Source: an uncultured Actinomycetes bacterium (GTDB lineage: Bacteria; Actinomycetota; Thermoleophilia; UBA2241). Taken from it: 64,000 nucleotides of DNA. The stretch spans positions 32,001 to 96,000 of the forward strand of contig CAVYCN010000007.1 in the NCBI GenBank assembly GCA_963767005.1, read 5' to 3'. Both the position numbers and the translations under genes were made by a program. Under the pieces are notes generated by a model that ran no database searches, had not been told where the DNA came from, and was given only the letters and a program-made list of their open reading frames with translations. Shown in pieces: positions 38,224 through 51,222 of the stretch (position 1 is its first letter; each line of letters starts with the position of its first letter).

Positions 38224-39390
38224 GTGAGCCCGGCGCCCCCCGCCTCACGGCTGCTCGCCCTCGACGTCGGCACCGGCACGATCGACGTCCTGCTGTTCGA
38301 GCCCGAGCGCCGGCCTGAGAACTCGGTCAAGCTCGTCGTGCCGTCGCGCACGATGGTCGCCGCCGGCGAGATCCGCGCGGCCACACGGCGCGGCCTGCCC
38401 GTGGTCTTCGCCGGCCCCGTGATGGGCGGCGGCCCGGTCACCCGGGCGATGCTCGCCCACCGCGACGCCGGCCTTGCGTTCAGCGCCACCGCCGACGCGG
38501 CCACGACCTTCGCAGATGACCTGGCCTGGTCGCTCGAGCGCGGCGTACGGCTGTGCGCCGACGACGAGGTCCCGGCCCTCGCGGCCGCCGGCGCCGTGCT
38601 CGTGCGCAGCGGCGACCTCGACCTGCCCGGTCTGCTGGGCGCCCTCGCGCGCCTGGGCGCGCCGACGACCTTCTCGGGCGCCTGCCTGGCGGCCCTGGAT
38701 CACGGCTTCGATCCCGCCGGCTCGAACCGCGTCAACCGCTTTCAGAGCTGGCAGCGCGCCCTGGCCGAGCGGCGGCCGCTCGAGGAGCTCTTCTGCGCCC
38801 TCGACGAGCTGCCGGCCGCCCTCACTCGCCAGCGCGCGGCGGCCGCGCCGCTCGCCGGCCTGCAGACGACGGGCGACGACGACGGGCGTGCGGCGGCCGC
38901 GCCGGCGGGCGGCGCCGTTGTCGCAGGCGACGCACCAGCGGGCGGCGGCGACGTGGCCGGCGGTCTGCCCGTCACCGTGGGCGACACCGGCGCCGCCGCC
39001 CTGCTCGGCGCCCTGGGCGACGAGGCCAGCGACGCCGTGCTCGTGAACATCGGCAACGGCCACACCGTCTGCGCCGTCGCGCTCGAGGGCCGCCTCGCCG
39101 GCGTCTACGAGGACCACACCAACCGGCTCGACGCGGCGCTGCTCGAAGCCAACGTGCAGCGATTCTTGGCCGGCGACCTGCTGGGTGACGAGGTGCGGGA
39201 GGCCGGCGGGCACGGGGCCGCCCTCGGCGGCCCCGTGCCCGCCGGCCTCCCCCTCCTCGTCACCGGCCCTCACCGCGACCTGCTGGCGGGCAGCTCGCTG
39301 CCCGTGCGGTTCCCGGCGCCCTTCGGCGACATGATGATGGCCGGCCCGGTCGGCCTGGTCCGGGCGCACCGCTACCGCTGGGGAGCCTGA
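38224..39390 (+). CDS. DUF1786 family (actin-like ATPase fold) protein
   Basis: LALDVGTGTIDV, MGGGP, DHG, DTGAAA, VNIGNGHT, EDHT, GGHGA, APFGDMMMAG. Confidence 0.85.
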   Translation: MSPAPPASRLLALDVGTGTIDVLLFEPERRPENSVKLVVPSRTMVAAGEIRAATRRGLPVVFAGPVMGGGPVTRAMLAHRDAGLAFSATADAATTFADDLAWSLERGVRLCADDEVPALAAAGAVLVRSGDLDLPGLLGALARLGAPTTFSGACLAALDHGFDPAGSNRVNRFQSWQRALAERRPLEELFCALDELPAALTRQRAAAAPLAGLQTTGDDDGRAAAAPAGGAVVAGDAPAGGGDVAGGLPVTVGDTGAAALLGALGDEASDAVLVNIGNGHTVCAVALEGRLAGVYEDHTNRLDAALLEANVQRFLAGDLLGDEVREAGGHGAALGGPVPAGLPLLVTGPHRDLLAGSSLPVRFPAPFGDMMMAGPVGLVRAHRYRWGA

Positions 39391-39413
39391 GGCGGGCGAC
39401 GCGCCCGCCGCCG

Positions 39414-40139
39414 TCACTTGCGGCGGCCGAACAGGCGCCGGCGCACGGCCGCGCCCTTGAGCCACTGGATGCCCTCGGTCGGGCTGAGCTCCTTGGGGCA
39501 GGCCTCGATGCAGTTCGTGATCGTGTGGCAGCGGTACACGCCGTGCTCGTTGTCGAAGCGCGGCAGACGCGTCTTGCGGGCCTGGTCGCGCGAGTCGACC
39601 TCGAAGCGGTAGGCCTTGAGCAGCGCGGCCGGCCCGAGGTAGTCGGTGCCGGTGCCGTACCAGACCGAGGGGCACGAGCTGTAGCAGCAGCCGCAGAGGA
39701 TGCAGTCGATCGGCATGTCGAGCTTGCGCCGGTCGCGCGGCGACTGCGGGATCTCGCGCTCAGGCTCGGCGTCGGCGCGCTCGAGCCAGGGCTTGATGTA
39801 CTCGTACTTGGCGAAGAACTCGGTCATGTCGCAGACCAGGTCCTTGACGAGCGGCAGGTGCGGCATGGGCTCGACCGTGATGTCGCCGCCGCCCAGGTGG
39901 CCGACGTTGGTCTGGCAGGCCAGGCGGTAGCGGCCGTTGATGTACATGGCGCACGAGCCGCACACGGCCGCCCGGCAGCAGTAGCGGAAGCACAGCGAGC
40001 CGTCGAAGCGCTCCTGGATCGCGAACAGCCCCTCGAGCACGGTGAAGCTGCCCTCGTAGGGCACGACGAAGGTGTCGTAGCGCGGCGTCTTGTCGGTCGC
40101 CGGGTCGAACCGTCTGACGCGAAAGCGGGCCTCGCTCAT
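39414..40139 (-). CDS. sdhB: Succinate dehydrogenase/fumarate reductase Fe-S subunit
   Basis: CRAAVCGSC, CILCGCCYSSCP, CHTITNCIEACP. Confidence 0.95.
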   Translation of the reverse strand: MSEARFRVRRFDPATDKTPRYDTFVVPYEGSFTVLEGLFAIQERFDGSLCFRYCCRAAVCGSCAMYINGRYRLACQTNVGHLGGGDITVEPMPHLPLVKDLVCDMTEFFAKYEYIKPWLERADAEPEREIPQSPRDRRKLDMPIDCILCGCCYSSCPSVWYGTGTDYLGPAALLKAYRFEVDSRDQARKTRLPRFDNEHGVYRCHTITNCIEACPKELSPTEGIQWLKGAAVRRRLFGRRK

Positions 40140-41845
40140 CAGTACGTGCGCTCCTTCGGTTCGAACATGCCCAGCGCGACCGGCTTGCCCGTGAGATCGG
40201 GCGGGCCGTCGGGCCGGTAGTGGGCCAGGGTGTGCTGCAGCCAGTGGGCGTCGTCGCGGTTGGGGAAGTCGGTGCGCGCGTGCGAGCCCCGCGACTCGGT
40301 GCGCACGACGGCGCCCAGAGCCGTGGCGATGGCCACGTCGAGCATGCCTTCGAGCTCGATCGTGCGGATCATGTCGAGGTTGAACACGCGGCCGGCGTGG
40401 CGCAGGCCAACGCTCGCCATGCGGTCCTTGAGGCGCAGCAGCTTCTCGACGCCCTCCAGCATCTGACGCTCCTCGCGGAAGATGCCGAAGTGGGTCTTCA
40501 TCGTGTCGATCATCTCGGCGCGGATGTCGTAGGCGTCGTCGCGCGCGGCCGCGTGGGCCAGCCGGTCGACGCGGTCCTCGACCGCCCGCAGCGCCGCGTG
40601 CGCCGCCGCCTCGGGCACGGGACCGCCGTCGCCGCCGGTGAGCTCCTCGACCACGGCATGCCCGGCGCGACGTCCGAAGACGATCGTCTCGAGCAGCGAG
40701 TTGCCGCCCAGGCGGTTGGCCCCGTGCACGCTCACGCAGGCGCACTCGCCGGCGGCGTACAGGCCGGGCAAGCCGGTGCGCCCGTCGGCGTCGGTGTCGA
40801 TGCCGCCCATCGTGTAGTGCTGGCTGGGCACGATCGGCACCGGGTCGGTGACCGGGTCGACCCCCTCGAAGTGGATGGAGAGGTCGCGCACGCCCGGCAG
40901 CCGCTCGGCGATCTTCTGCTCGCCCAGGTGGCGCAGATCCAGGTAGACGAAGTCCTTGCCGCCGATGCCGCGCCCCTCGAGGATCTCGGTCCAGATCGAG
41001 CGCGCCGTGATGTCGCGCGGGGCGAGCTCCATCATCTTCGGCGCGTAGCGCTCCATGAAGCGCTCGCCGAGGTCGTTCACGAGGTAGCCGCCCTCGCCGC
41101 GGCAGCCTTCGGTCATGAGGATGTTCGTGGTGTAGAGGCCGGTCGGGTGGAACTGCACGAACTCCATGTCCTTGAGGGGCACGCCGGCGTGGTAGGCCAT
41201 GGCCGCGCCGTACCCGGTCGAGATGATGGCGTTGGTCGTGTTGGAGTAGGTGCGCCCGGCGCCGCCGGTGGCGACGATCACGGCGTCGGCGAGGAAGGCC
41301 TCGAAGCCGCCGTTGATCATGTCGTAGGCGACCACGCCGCGGCAGCGCCCCTCGTCGACGATCAGGCTGGTGACGAAGCGTTCGATGTAGAGCGTGACCT
41401 CGCGCCGGTAGGCCTGCTCGACCAGGGTGTGCAGCAGGTAGTGGCCGGTCTTGTCGGCGCCGTAGCAGGTGCGCGGATAGCCCGCCCCGCCGAAGGGCCG
41501 CTGGGCGATGCGACCGTCGTCGTAACGGCTGAACGGACAGCCCCAGTGCTCCATCTCGAAGATGGCCGGCGGGGCGTCCTGCGTCATGCGGTAGACGGCG
41601 TCCTGGTCGGCCAGGTAGTCGGAGCCCTTGACGGTGTCGAAGGCGTGCTTCTCGGGCGTGTCGTCGTGGCCCTCGGGGTTGTTGGCGAGGGCGGCGTTGA
41701 TGCCGCCCTGCGCGGCGCCCGAGTGACTGCGCCCGGGGTGGACCTGCGAGAGGATGGCGACGTCGATGCCCGCGCCCCTGGCCTCGACCGCGGCGCGCAG
41801 GCCGGCCAGGCCGCCGCCGACGATCACGAGCTGGTGTCTGATCAT
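40139..41845 (-). CDS. sdhA: Succinate dehydrogenase/fumarate reductase flavoprotein
   Basis: GGGLAG, RSHSGAAQGG (FAD-His), QFHPT, TEGCRGEG, HYTMGG, HGANRLGGNSL. Confidence 0.96.
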   Translation of the reverse strand: MIRHQLVIVGGGLAGLRAAVEARGAGIDVAILSQVHPGRSHSGAAQGGINAALANNPEGHDDTPEKHAFDTVKGSDYLADQDAVYRMTQDAPPAIFEMEHWGCPFSRYDDGRIAQRPFGGAGYPRTCYGADKTGHYLLHTLVEQAYRREVTLYIERFVTSLIVDEGRCRGVVAYDMINGGFEAFLADAVIVATGGAGRTYSNTTNAIISTGYGAAMAYHAGVPLKDMEFVQFHPTGLYTTNILMTEGCRGEGGYLVNDLGERFMERYAPKMMELAPRDITARSIWTEILEGRGIGGKDFVYLDLRHLGEQKIAERLPGVRDLSIHFEGVDPVTDPVPIVPSQHYTMGGIDTDADGRTGLPGLYAAGECACVSVHGANRLGGNSLLETIVFGRRAGHAVVEELTGGDGGPVPEAAAHAALRAVEDRVDRLAHAAARDDAYDIRAEMIDTMKTHFGIFREERQMLEGVEKLLRLKDRMASVGLRHAGRVFNLDMIRTIELEGMLDVAIATALGAVVRTESRGSHARTDFPNRDDAHWLQHTLAHYRPDGPPDLTGKPVALGMFEPKERTY

Positions 41846-41863
41846 CGCCGGCGCCTCCTAGGA

Positions 41864-41921
41864 CCGTCGAGCGACCTGTCGTCGCCGCTCAGCCAGGTGT
41901 GACTTCGCTCCACGGCTAGTG
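41864..41921 (-). repeat. Single copy of the dispersed ~58-bp repeat inside the sdh operon
   Basis: Minus strand: CACTAGCCGTGGAGCGAAGTCACACCTGGCTGAGCGGCGACGACAGGTCGCTCGACGG. Confidence 0.8.
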
Positions 41922-42353
41922 CGAGATCCAGGGCCACAGGGCCCACATGCCGTAGACGAAGGTGGCCGAGCCCAGGACCCAGAGCGCAATCGACAGGGCG
42001 CGGCGCTGGGCGCGCGCCCGGCACCAGTAGTCGAGGACGACCATGCGCGCCCCGTTCAGGCCGTGGTAGACGGCGGCCGCGAGCAGGCTGATGTCGACCA
42101 CCCGGAAGGCGTCCGACGACAGGCGATGGCCGATGTTGAGGTAGGACAGATGCCCGAGGCCGAAGATGTGCGCGGCGATCAGGTGGGTCATCAGGCAGAC
42201 GATGAGCACGACCGCCGTGATGCGCTGGAACAGCCAGGCCCACATGCCGCCCACGCCCTCGTCGACCGCGCGCCTGTCCATGCGCCCGGTCGCCGCCGTC
42301 GCGTCGGCGACCGGTGCGGCGACCGCCGGACGCTCGGCGACCTCACTGCTCAT
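41916..42353 (-). CDS. sdhD: Succinate dehydrogenase membrane anchor subunit
   Basis: WAWLFQRITA..H, YHGLNGARMVVLDY; ATGA overlap. Confidence 0.88.
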   Translation of the reverse strand: MSSEVAERPAVAAPVADATAATGRMDRRAVDEGVGGMWAWLFQRITAVVLIVCLMTHLIAAHIFGLGHLSYLNIGHRLSSDAFRVVDISLLAAAVYHGLNGARMVVLDYWCRARAQRRALSIALWVLGSATFVYGMWALWPWISH

Positions 42354-42769
42354 ACGAGCCCGCCGAGGCCGCCGGCGTGGTGCGCGGCGATGTACGAAAA
42401 GGCCTTGAGGGCGAAGAAGCCGAGCGAGATCACGGCGATCGCCATGCAGCAGACGAACACGATCTTGTGCCGCTGGATCCCCAGGCCGAAGTCCATGAGC
42501 AGGATGCGCACGCCGTTCAAGGCGTGGAACAGCACCGCCCAGACGAGCAGCAGGTCGAGCAGTACGAAGAGCGGGTGGTCGAACATGCCGAACGTGCTGT
42601 TCAGGGTGGAGCGCCCGGCGACGCGCGCGGTCGAGATCACGCCGATGTGGGCGAACAGGTAGAGCACGAGGACGATCCCGGCGATCCGGAAGAGCAGCCA
42701 GGCCCACATGCCGAGGCCCTTCCAGTTGCCAGCGCCCACGTTGCGAGTGGCGGCGTCGACCGGGCTCAC
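42350..42769 (-). CDS. sdhC: Succinate dehydrogenase cytochrome b subunit
   Basis: GMWAWLLFRIAG..YLFAHI, FHALNGVRILLMD. Confidence 0.9.
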   Translation of the reverse strand: MSPVDAATRNVGAGNWKGLGMWAWLLFRIAGIVLVLYLFAHIGVISTARVAGRSTLNSTFGMFDHPLFVLLDLLLVWAVLFHALNGVRILLMDFGLGIQRHKIVFVCCMAIAVISLGFFALKAFSYIAAHHAGGLGGLV

Positions 42770-43058
42770 GAGACATGCCCCCCTTCGGCTCAGGTTGAGG
42801 GATCGCGCCAGCAATCGTACCGGGACGGCAAGAGCGGCGCAATGAGTCAGGTCGGCGCGACGGCGCCTCACCCGACGGGGGTGAACGCCGACAGCGCCCA
42901 GTCGCGCCACGGGTCGAAAGAGGGGTAGACTACAGACGGTACATGGCGCGCCGGGAAGTCTGGTCGGCACCGGCGCTTCGCGTGCACAGGGCGCCGGATC
43001 GCAGAGACATCGCTCCGGCGCCTCGTCGTGCCGGGGGCACGAACGCGAAAGGAAGCCG

Positions 43059-44503
43059 ATGCCGTCGTCTGCCTCGCCCGCCGGCGGGTCGCCGGCACGC
43101 GGGCGGTCGGCACCGGCCGTCCCGTCGAGCGGTCTCAGATCCTGGCTCGCCCATCACCGCGGCGTGCTGCTCGTCGCCTTCGCCTTTACCGTCATGGCCG
43201 ACCCGGTGTCGTCGGTCGCCTACGCCGTCGAAGCCGCGCTGCGTGCCCTCGGCGGCGACCTGTCGCTGCTGCTGCCCACCATGACGGTCGTGATCTGCAT
43301 CATCGCCGTCGTGATCGCCAACTACCATCAGCTCGTGGCCCGCTTCCCCAGGGGGGCGGCGCCGCGGCGGCATCGGGCGCCGCCTTCAGCGAGGGGATCG
43401 CCTTTGTGCCGCTCGGCGCGCTCGTCGTCGACTTCGTGCTCACCATCGCGATCAGCGTCGCCGCAGGCACCTCGGCGATCGTGGCCTACTTCCCCGCTGC
43501 CCACACGATCCGCGTCCCTCTGGCGCTCGGGCTCCTGCTGCTGGTCGCCGGGCTCACCTGGTTCGGCCACTGGGGACGCATCCTGTTCGCCCTCATGACG
43601 CTGTCGTTCGTGGGCTGCGGCAGCGCCCTGCTGATCTCGGGCTTCTCGCGACCCGCCGCGACGACGACGGTCGCCACCGGTCACACCCACGGGCTCGCCT
43701 TCGTCTCGGTGATGCTCGCCTTCCCCGTGGGCATGGCCCTCGCGACCGGGGTCGAAGCCCCGTCGTCGGCGATCGCCCAGCTCGGCCAGCTCGACAACAA
43801 CGGCCGGCGCTTCTTCGGCCGGGTCACGCTGTGGCTCACGCTCATCGTCGTCGGCGGCCTCACGCTGGGTCTCACCGCGCTCGCCGTGCGCCTGCGGATC
43901 GGGATCCCGCCGGCCAACAGCACGCAGATCGGCGACGTCGCGCGGGCCGCGGGCGGACGCACGCTGTTCCCCCTGTTCCAGGCCGCGAGCGCCGTGCTGC
44001 TCCTGGCCGCGGCCAGCTCCTCGTTCCAGGCCGGGCCCGGGCTGCTCAAGGCGCTGGCCCGCACGCCGCAGGCCGGCGGGGCGCGCACCGGCATCCTGCC
44101 GGCTGTGCTGGGTCGCACCAATCGCCATCACACGCCCTACTGGGCGGGGCTGGTCTACCTGGTCGCCGCGGCGGCCGTCATCGTCGCGGCCGGCGGTCGC
44201 GACCAGGAGCTCGTCCTGTTCTACGCGGTCGCCGTCTTCATGAGCTTCCTCGCCGGCCTGCTCGCCATGCTGCGCTTCTCCTGGAACGAACGCCGCCTGC
44301 GCTGGGTCGTCCTGAACGCGCTCGGGTCGCTGCTCGTGGCTTTCACCCTCGGCGTCAATCTCGTGCGCGGGTACCCCCTTGTGTCGCTGGCCGCGGCACT
44401 CCTCATCGCCTTCCTGTTCCACCGCCTCTGGGTGCGGGCGGGACGTCCCCGGGGCATCTCGCAGGCGGTACGCAGCGCCGAGCTCGCGACGGACGAGGAA
44501 TGA
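43059..44503 (+). pseudogene. APC-family permease with a single frameshift (pseudogene or sequencing indel)
   Basis: MADPVSSVAYA..NYHQLVARFP continues as QGGGAA..DFVLTIAIS in another frame; one base is missing in the C4/G6 run at 43346-56. Confidence 0.8.
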
Positions 44504-45486
44504 CGGTCCTCCTCTTCGTCGTCGGCGCCGCGGTCAGTCTGGCCGCGAGCGTCGTGCTCGTCACGCGCCTGGAGCGGCTGGGCCAGAGGCTCGCCGCGCC
44601 CGAGGCCGTGCTGGGCCTCGTGACCGCGCTCGCCGCCGACTCCCCCGAGATCTCCACCGCCTTGGCGGCCATCGCGGGCGGGCGCCGCGACGTGGGCGCC
44701 GGCGTCGTGCTCGGCTCGAACGCCTTCAACCTCGCCGCGCTGCTTGGGCTGAGCGCCCTCGTCGCGGGGCGCATCGGGCTGCACCGCAGGGTCGTCGTGC
44801 TCGAGGGCGTCGTCGCGCTGTGGGTGGCGTTCCTGACGATCGCGGTCGCTGCGCGGACCGTCGCGCCGCTCGCCGGTCTGCTGCTCACACTCGTCGTGTT
44901 CGCGCCCTATCTGGTGGTGTCGGCCTTGCCGCCGACGGAGCGCCGTCGTCTTCCTCTCCCCCGCTCCTGGCGCGCGTGGCTGGCGTCGGCCGTGAACGAA
45001 GAGGAGCTCGAGCTGGTCGCCGCGATCCATCCGCGCAGAGGGCGCTGGACGGACGCCGCGGCTGCCCTCGTCGCCCTCGTCGCCGTCGTTGTCGCGAGCG
45101 TCCTGATGGAGCGGACGGGCGCCACGCTCGGTGTACGCTGGGGCGTGTCGAGCATCGTGGTCGGCGGCATCGTGCTGGCTGCGGTGACCAGCCTGCCCAA
45201 CGCGGTGGCGGCCGTGTACCTCGCCTCGCGTGGCCGGGCGTCGGCGACGCTGTCGGAGGCCTTGAACAGCAACGCCCTGAACGCGATCATCGGCCTGATG
45301 ATCCCGGCCGCCGTGCTGCGGTTCGGCAGGCTGCCGTCGGCAGGGCTCGTGGCGGCCGGGTGGTACGCGGGCCTCACCGCGCTCACCGTCGGCCTCGCCT
45401 TCGTCGCCCGCGGCCTCGACCGCCGGATGGGATGCCTCATCATCGCCGCCTACGCGATCTTCGTCGTCGTGCTCGTACGCATATGA
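44500..45486 (+). CDS. Sodium/calcium exchanger (CaCA) family protein
   Basis: Alpha repeats AADSPEI..GSNAFN and VTSLPNA..NSNALN. Confidence 0.85.
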   Translation: MTVLLFVVGAAVSLAASVVLVTRLERLGQRLAAPEAVLGLVTALAADSPEISTALAAIAGGRRDVGAGVVLGSNAFNLAALLGLSALVAGRIGLHRRVVVLEGVVALWVAFLTIAVAARTVAPLAGLLLTLVVFAPYLVVSALPPTERRRLPLPRSWRAWLASAVNEEELELVAAIHPRRGRWTDAAAALVALVAVVVASVLMERTGATLGVRWGVSSIVVGGIVLAAVTSLPNAVAAVYLASRGRASATLSEALNSNALNAIIGLMIPAAVLRFGRLPSAGLVAAGWYAGLTALTVGLAFVARGLDRRMGCLIIAAYAIFVVVLVRI

Positions 45487-45544
45487 GGCCCGGCGTCGCC
45501 ACTCCGCGCCGCACGCGACCGCCCGCCGGTGGTCGGCAGATCCG

Positions 45545-46195
45545 ATGAGCAGCGGCCGCGCGGCTGATGAGGCCGACCGCGCACGCCTTGTCGAGCGTGC
45601 GTTGCTGCTCTCCGTCGTGTCGGTGATCTGGGGATGCCTTTCGGGGGGCTTCTCGCTGACCGTCGGCGTCGTCGACGGGAGCCTGGCCGTCGTCGGCGTC
45701 GGCCTCGAGGTGCTCGCTGACCTCGCCGGTTCGGCGGCGCTCGTCCGGCGCTTCCGAGCCGAGCGCCGCGCAGGTCCTGTCGAGGCTCTCGGAGCGGAGT
45801 CGCGCGCCCGCATCGTCGTCGCCGTCGCCCTCGCCGTCACGAGCGCCGTTCTGGTCGCGAGTGCGGCGCACGCGCTCCTTGTGGGGTCGCGACCCAGCGC
45901 GTCGCTCCTGTCGATCGTCGGCCCCGTCGTGACCTTCGCCGTACTCCTCCCGCTCGCCACCGCCAAGCGCCGCGTCAGCGGCGCCCTCCATAGCTCCGCC
46001 CTGCGTGGCGACGCGAGCATGAGCGCCATCGGAGCGGCGACATCGCTCCTGGCGATCGGGGGTCTTCTTCTCTACCACTCGCTCGGCTGGTGGTGGGTCG
46101 ACAGGGTGGCGGCCCTCGTGATCGCCGCCGTCGCCGCCGGAGAGGCATGGCGCACGTGGCGCGCCGGACGCGAGCTCGGCGCCGATGGGCGATAG
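45545..46195 (+). CDS. Cation-efflux (CDF/TMEM163-like) membrane protein
   Basis: 6 TM; GSLAVVGVG..D, AKRR..SSALRGDA, GWWWVD. Confidence 0.75.
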   Translation: MSSGRAADEADRARLVERALLLSVVSVIWGCLSGGFSLTVGVVDGSLAVVGVGLEVLADLAGSAALVRRFRAERRAGPVEALGAESRARIVVAVALAVTSAVLVASAAHALLVGSRPSASLLSIVGPVVTFAVLLPLATAKRRVSGALHSSALRGDASMSAIGAATSLLAIGGLLLYHSLGWWWVDRVAALVIAAVAAGEAWRTWRAGRELGADGR

Positions 46196-46378
46196 GCGCT
46201 CGCCGAGCGCCGGCGACAGGCGCACCGCCCGAGCGTCGTGGGCCCGCGGCGTGTCAAAACGGCGGCGGGCGCCGGAGCCAACGGCTCCGGCGCCCGTCCG
46301 CGTGTGGGACAGGACTCGACGTGTGTCCGACGTGTGCCGGCCGCCGCGTCCGCCCGACCCTGTGCCCGAGGATCCGGG

Positions 46379-47056
46379 TCAGGCCGCCCGGCGCTCCTCG
46401 GCGCTCTGGCTCGTGCTCATCGACGACGGCACGGTGACGACCGCACGACGGTGCATCATCATGGCGGCGACGTAGCCGCCTGCCGCCGCCGTGACCAGGC
46501 CGATGAGGGAGAAGAGCAGGTAGTAGCCGGCGTAGGTGCCGGTGGCCGGGCTCACGCTCGTGAGCGGACTCACGCTCGCCGCGGGCAGGCCGATCGCGTT
46601 CTTGACGGCGGCGCCGCTGTTCAGGCCGAAGCCCAGCAGGCCGGCCACACCCAGCGTGCTCATCACGGTGGTGGCCGTCACGCTCACGCCCCAGGTGATG
46701 AAGGCGTGCCAGAGACCGTCGCCCACGCTACGCGAGTTCGACAGGGACCCGGCCACGAGGCCGCCGATCGCGAGGGCGATGGCGGCCCACACCCCGGTCC
46801 ACACGGCGATGGTCGTCGCCGACGTGATCACGGTCCCCGGGGTGGTCAGCTTGCCCAGGCCGAAGTTGGCCCAGATGCTGAGGCCGGAGAGGGCGAACTG
46901 GATAGCCACGACCACGAAGGCTGCGGCGAACACACTGCCCCAACTGATTCTCGTGATCCAGCTCGGCACCATGCCCGAGCGTGGCAAGTTACTGGTATCG
47001 ACCAGGTTCGGCGACCGGCCGTAGTCTGCCGGCCTGTCTCCCCGTGGTTCGTACAT
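46379..47056 (-). CDS. Hypothetical 4-TM membrane protein
   Basis: RISWGSVFAA, GGLVAG, GLWHAFITW, GGYVA; SD GGAGG. Confidence 0.8.
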   Translation of the reverse strand: MYEPRGDRPADYGRSPNLVDTSNLPRSGMVPSWITRISWGSVFAAAFVVVAIQFALSGLSIWANFGLGKLTTPGTVITSATTIAVWTGVWAAIALAIGGLVAGSLSNSRSVGDGLWHAFITWGVSVTATTVMSTLGVAGLLGFGLNSGAAVKNAIGLPAASVSPLTSVSPATGTYAGYYLLFSLIGLVTAAAGGYVAAMMMHRRAVVTVPSSMSTSQSAEERRAA

Positions 47057-47227
47057 ATCAGGCACCTCCCAGTGTCTGAGTTCCCTTTGTTTTGCAGGAA
47101 GATCGCGACCCCACTACAGATGTGTTACCGATGGGCGAGATTCGTAACCGGGACTTTCGCTACCGGCGCTACCGGCCGCACAGACGGCGACGTGGCGGCG
47201 GGGCGTCCTGTCGGACGCCCCGCCGCC

Positions 47228-47283
47228 CCGTCGAGCGACTTCGTCGTCGTCGCTCAGGCATGCGTGGCTTCGCTGCGCGCTAG
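47228..47283 (-). repeat. Copy of the dispersed repeat abutting the IS end
   Basis: Minus strand: CTAGCGCGCAGCGAAGCCACGCATGCCTGAGCGACGACGACGAAGTCGCTCGACGG. Confidence 0.85.
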
Positions 47284-48227
47284 TGATTGATCACGAGATT
47301 CGCCTGCCCAAGGAAGACAAGCAGAGAGGCCGAAGCCGACGGTGCTCATAGCTCGTCGACCGGAGGCCACGATGGACGCCGACCTCGACACTCTCTGCCC
47401 GTGGTGTATTGCACAGCCGACGACCTGCTGCAGAGGGCAGGCATGCCGCGTAGGGTCACCGACGCCGAGCTGGTCACGCTCTGCGTCGCCAGGCGATCAT
47501 GGGCATCCTCCGACCGTCGCTTCCTGGCCGTCGCCGCAGCGCCTCGGTCACCTCTTCCGGCTGCCTCCCAGGCGGCTATCCAGCGCCGCCGCCGCCTGGC
47601 CGACGCGATCGAGTGGCTCATGGGCGTCTTCGCCAGCCAAAGCCCGGGCTTCCATGACGACCTTCTGCTCTGCGATTCGACCCCGGTGGAGTGCGCAGGA
47701 GCCGCGAGACGGCCAGGCGCTCGGCCCTGGGCGAGGCCGCCGGCTACGGCTACTGCGCCGCCCACTCGCGCTACTTCTGGGGCTTTCGCCTCCACCTGCT
47801 GGCCGCGCCGACGGCACGCCGCGGGCCTTCACGCTCGCCGATCCTGCCGTGACGACGCGAGGTGGCGCTCACGCTCCTCGAGCGCTGCCGGCGCGACACC
47901 CGCGAGGTGTTCGTCTGCGACAAGGGCTACGCCGGGAGCGAGTTCGCCGCTGCGTCGGCGAGCTCGGCATGCTCGTGGTGCGCCTGCGACGTCTAGACGA
48001 GCCCGTCGAGGGACTTCGTCGGCGTCGATCCGCCAGCGCATCGAGTGGATCTTCTGGACCTGCAAGGACTTGCTCACCCTCGAGCGCCACGGGGCGCGCA
48101 CCCTGGCGGGACTGCGCGAGCGGTTGCAGAGGTTCCTCTGCCTGGCGGCCTGCATCAGCCTCAACAACCGCCTGGGCAGGCCGAGCCGGGCTTGTGGGTA
48201 CTGCGTGAGGCTGCGGGCTGGAATAAA

Positions 48228-48231
<4 letters not shown>
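47280..48231 (+). mobile_element. IS982-family insertion sequence with a heavily frameshifted DDE transposase, flanked by CTAG
   Basis: Fragments across three frames: MDADLDTL, TDAELVTL, DSTPVEC, GYGYCAAHSRYFWGFRLHL, DKGY, RQRIE..KDLLTLERHGART; CTAG at 47280 and 48228. Confidence 0.88.
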
Positions 48232-50734
<2,503 letters not shown>

Positions 50735-50738
<4 letters not shown>

Positions 50739-51166
50739 GACTCACCGCCTACTCTGATCTCGATGCGCTGCTTGCGCGGGTCCTGCGAGAGCAGCGGCAG
50801 GCGCACCTCGAGCACCCCCGCGTCGTAGGTCGCATGGGCCGCCTCGACGTCGACGTCGACCGCCAGGCGGATGTGGCGTTCGAAGTCGCCGTAGTCCATC
50901 TCGACCTGCTGGTAGACGCGATGCTCGCCGCCGGGAAAGCCGCGCCGTCCGTGCACGACGACCTTGCGCGACTCGACGTCGAGCTGGATCTCCTCGCGGC
51001 GCAGGCCGGGCAGCTCGAAGCGCACGACGAGCTCGCGCGAGGCCTCCTCGAAGTAGACGTCGGCGAGCGGCACGAAGCCGGCTCTGCTCGAGAACTGCGC
51101 GCTGCGGCTGATGCAGGCGCTGTCGAACGTACGCAGCACTTCGCGGTGCAGCTTGTCACGGTCCAC
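50735..51166 (-). CDS. Hsp20 / alpha-crystallin small heat shock protein
   Basis: PLADVY, ELPG, YGDFER, ATYDAGVLEVRLP; coupled to lon. Confidence 0.92.
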
Positions 51167-51222
51167 GGGCGACTCCTTCGGCGCGAGGCGCGCGGGCCCG
51201 GCATGTCCCGCGCGGTTGTCAT

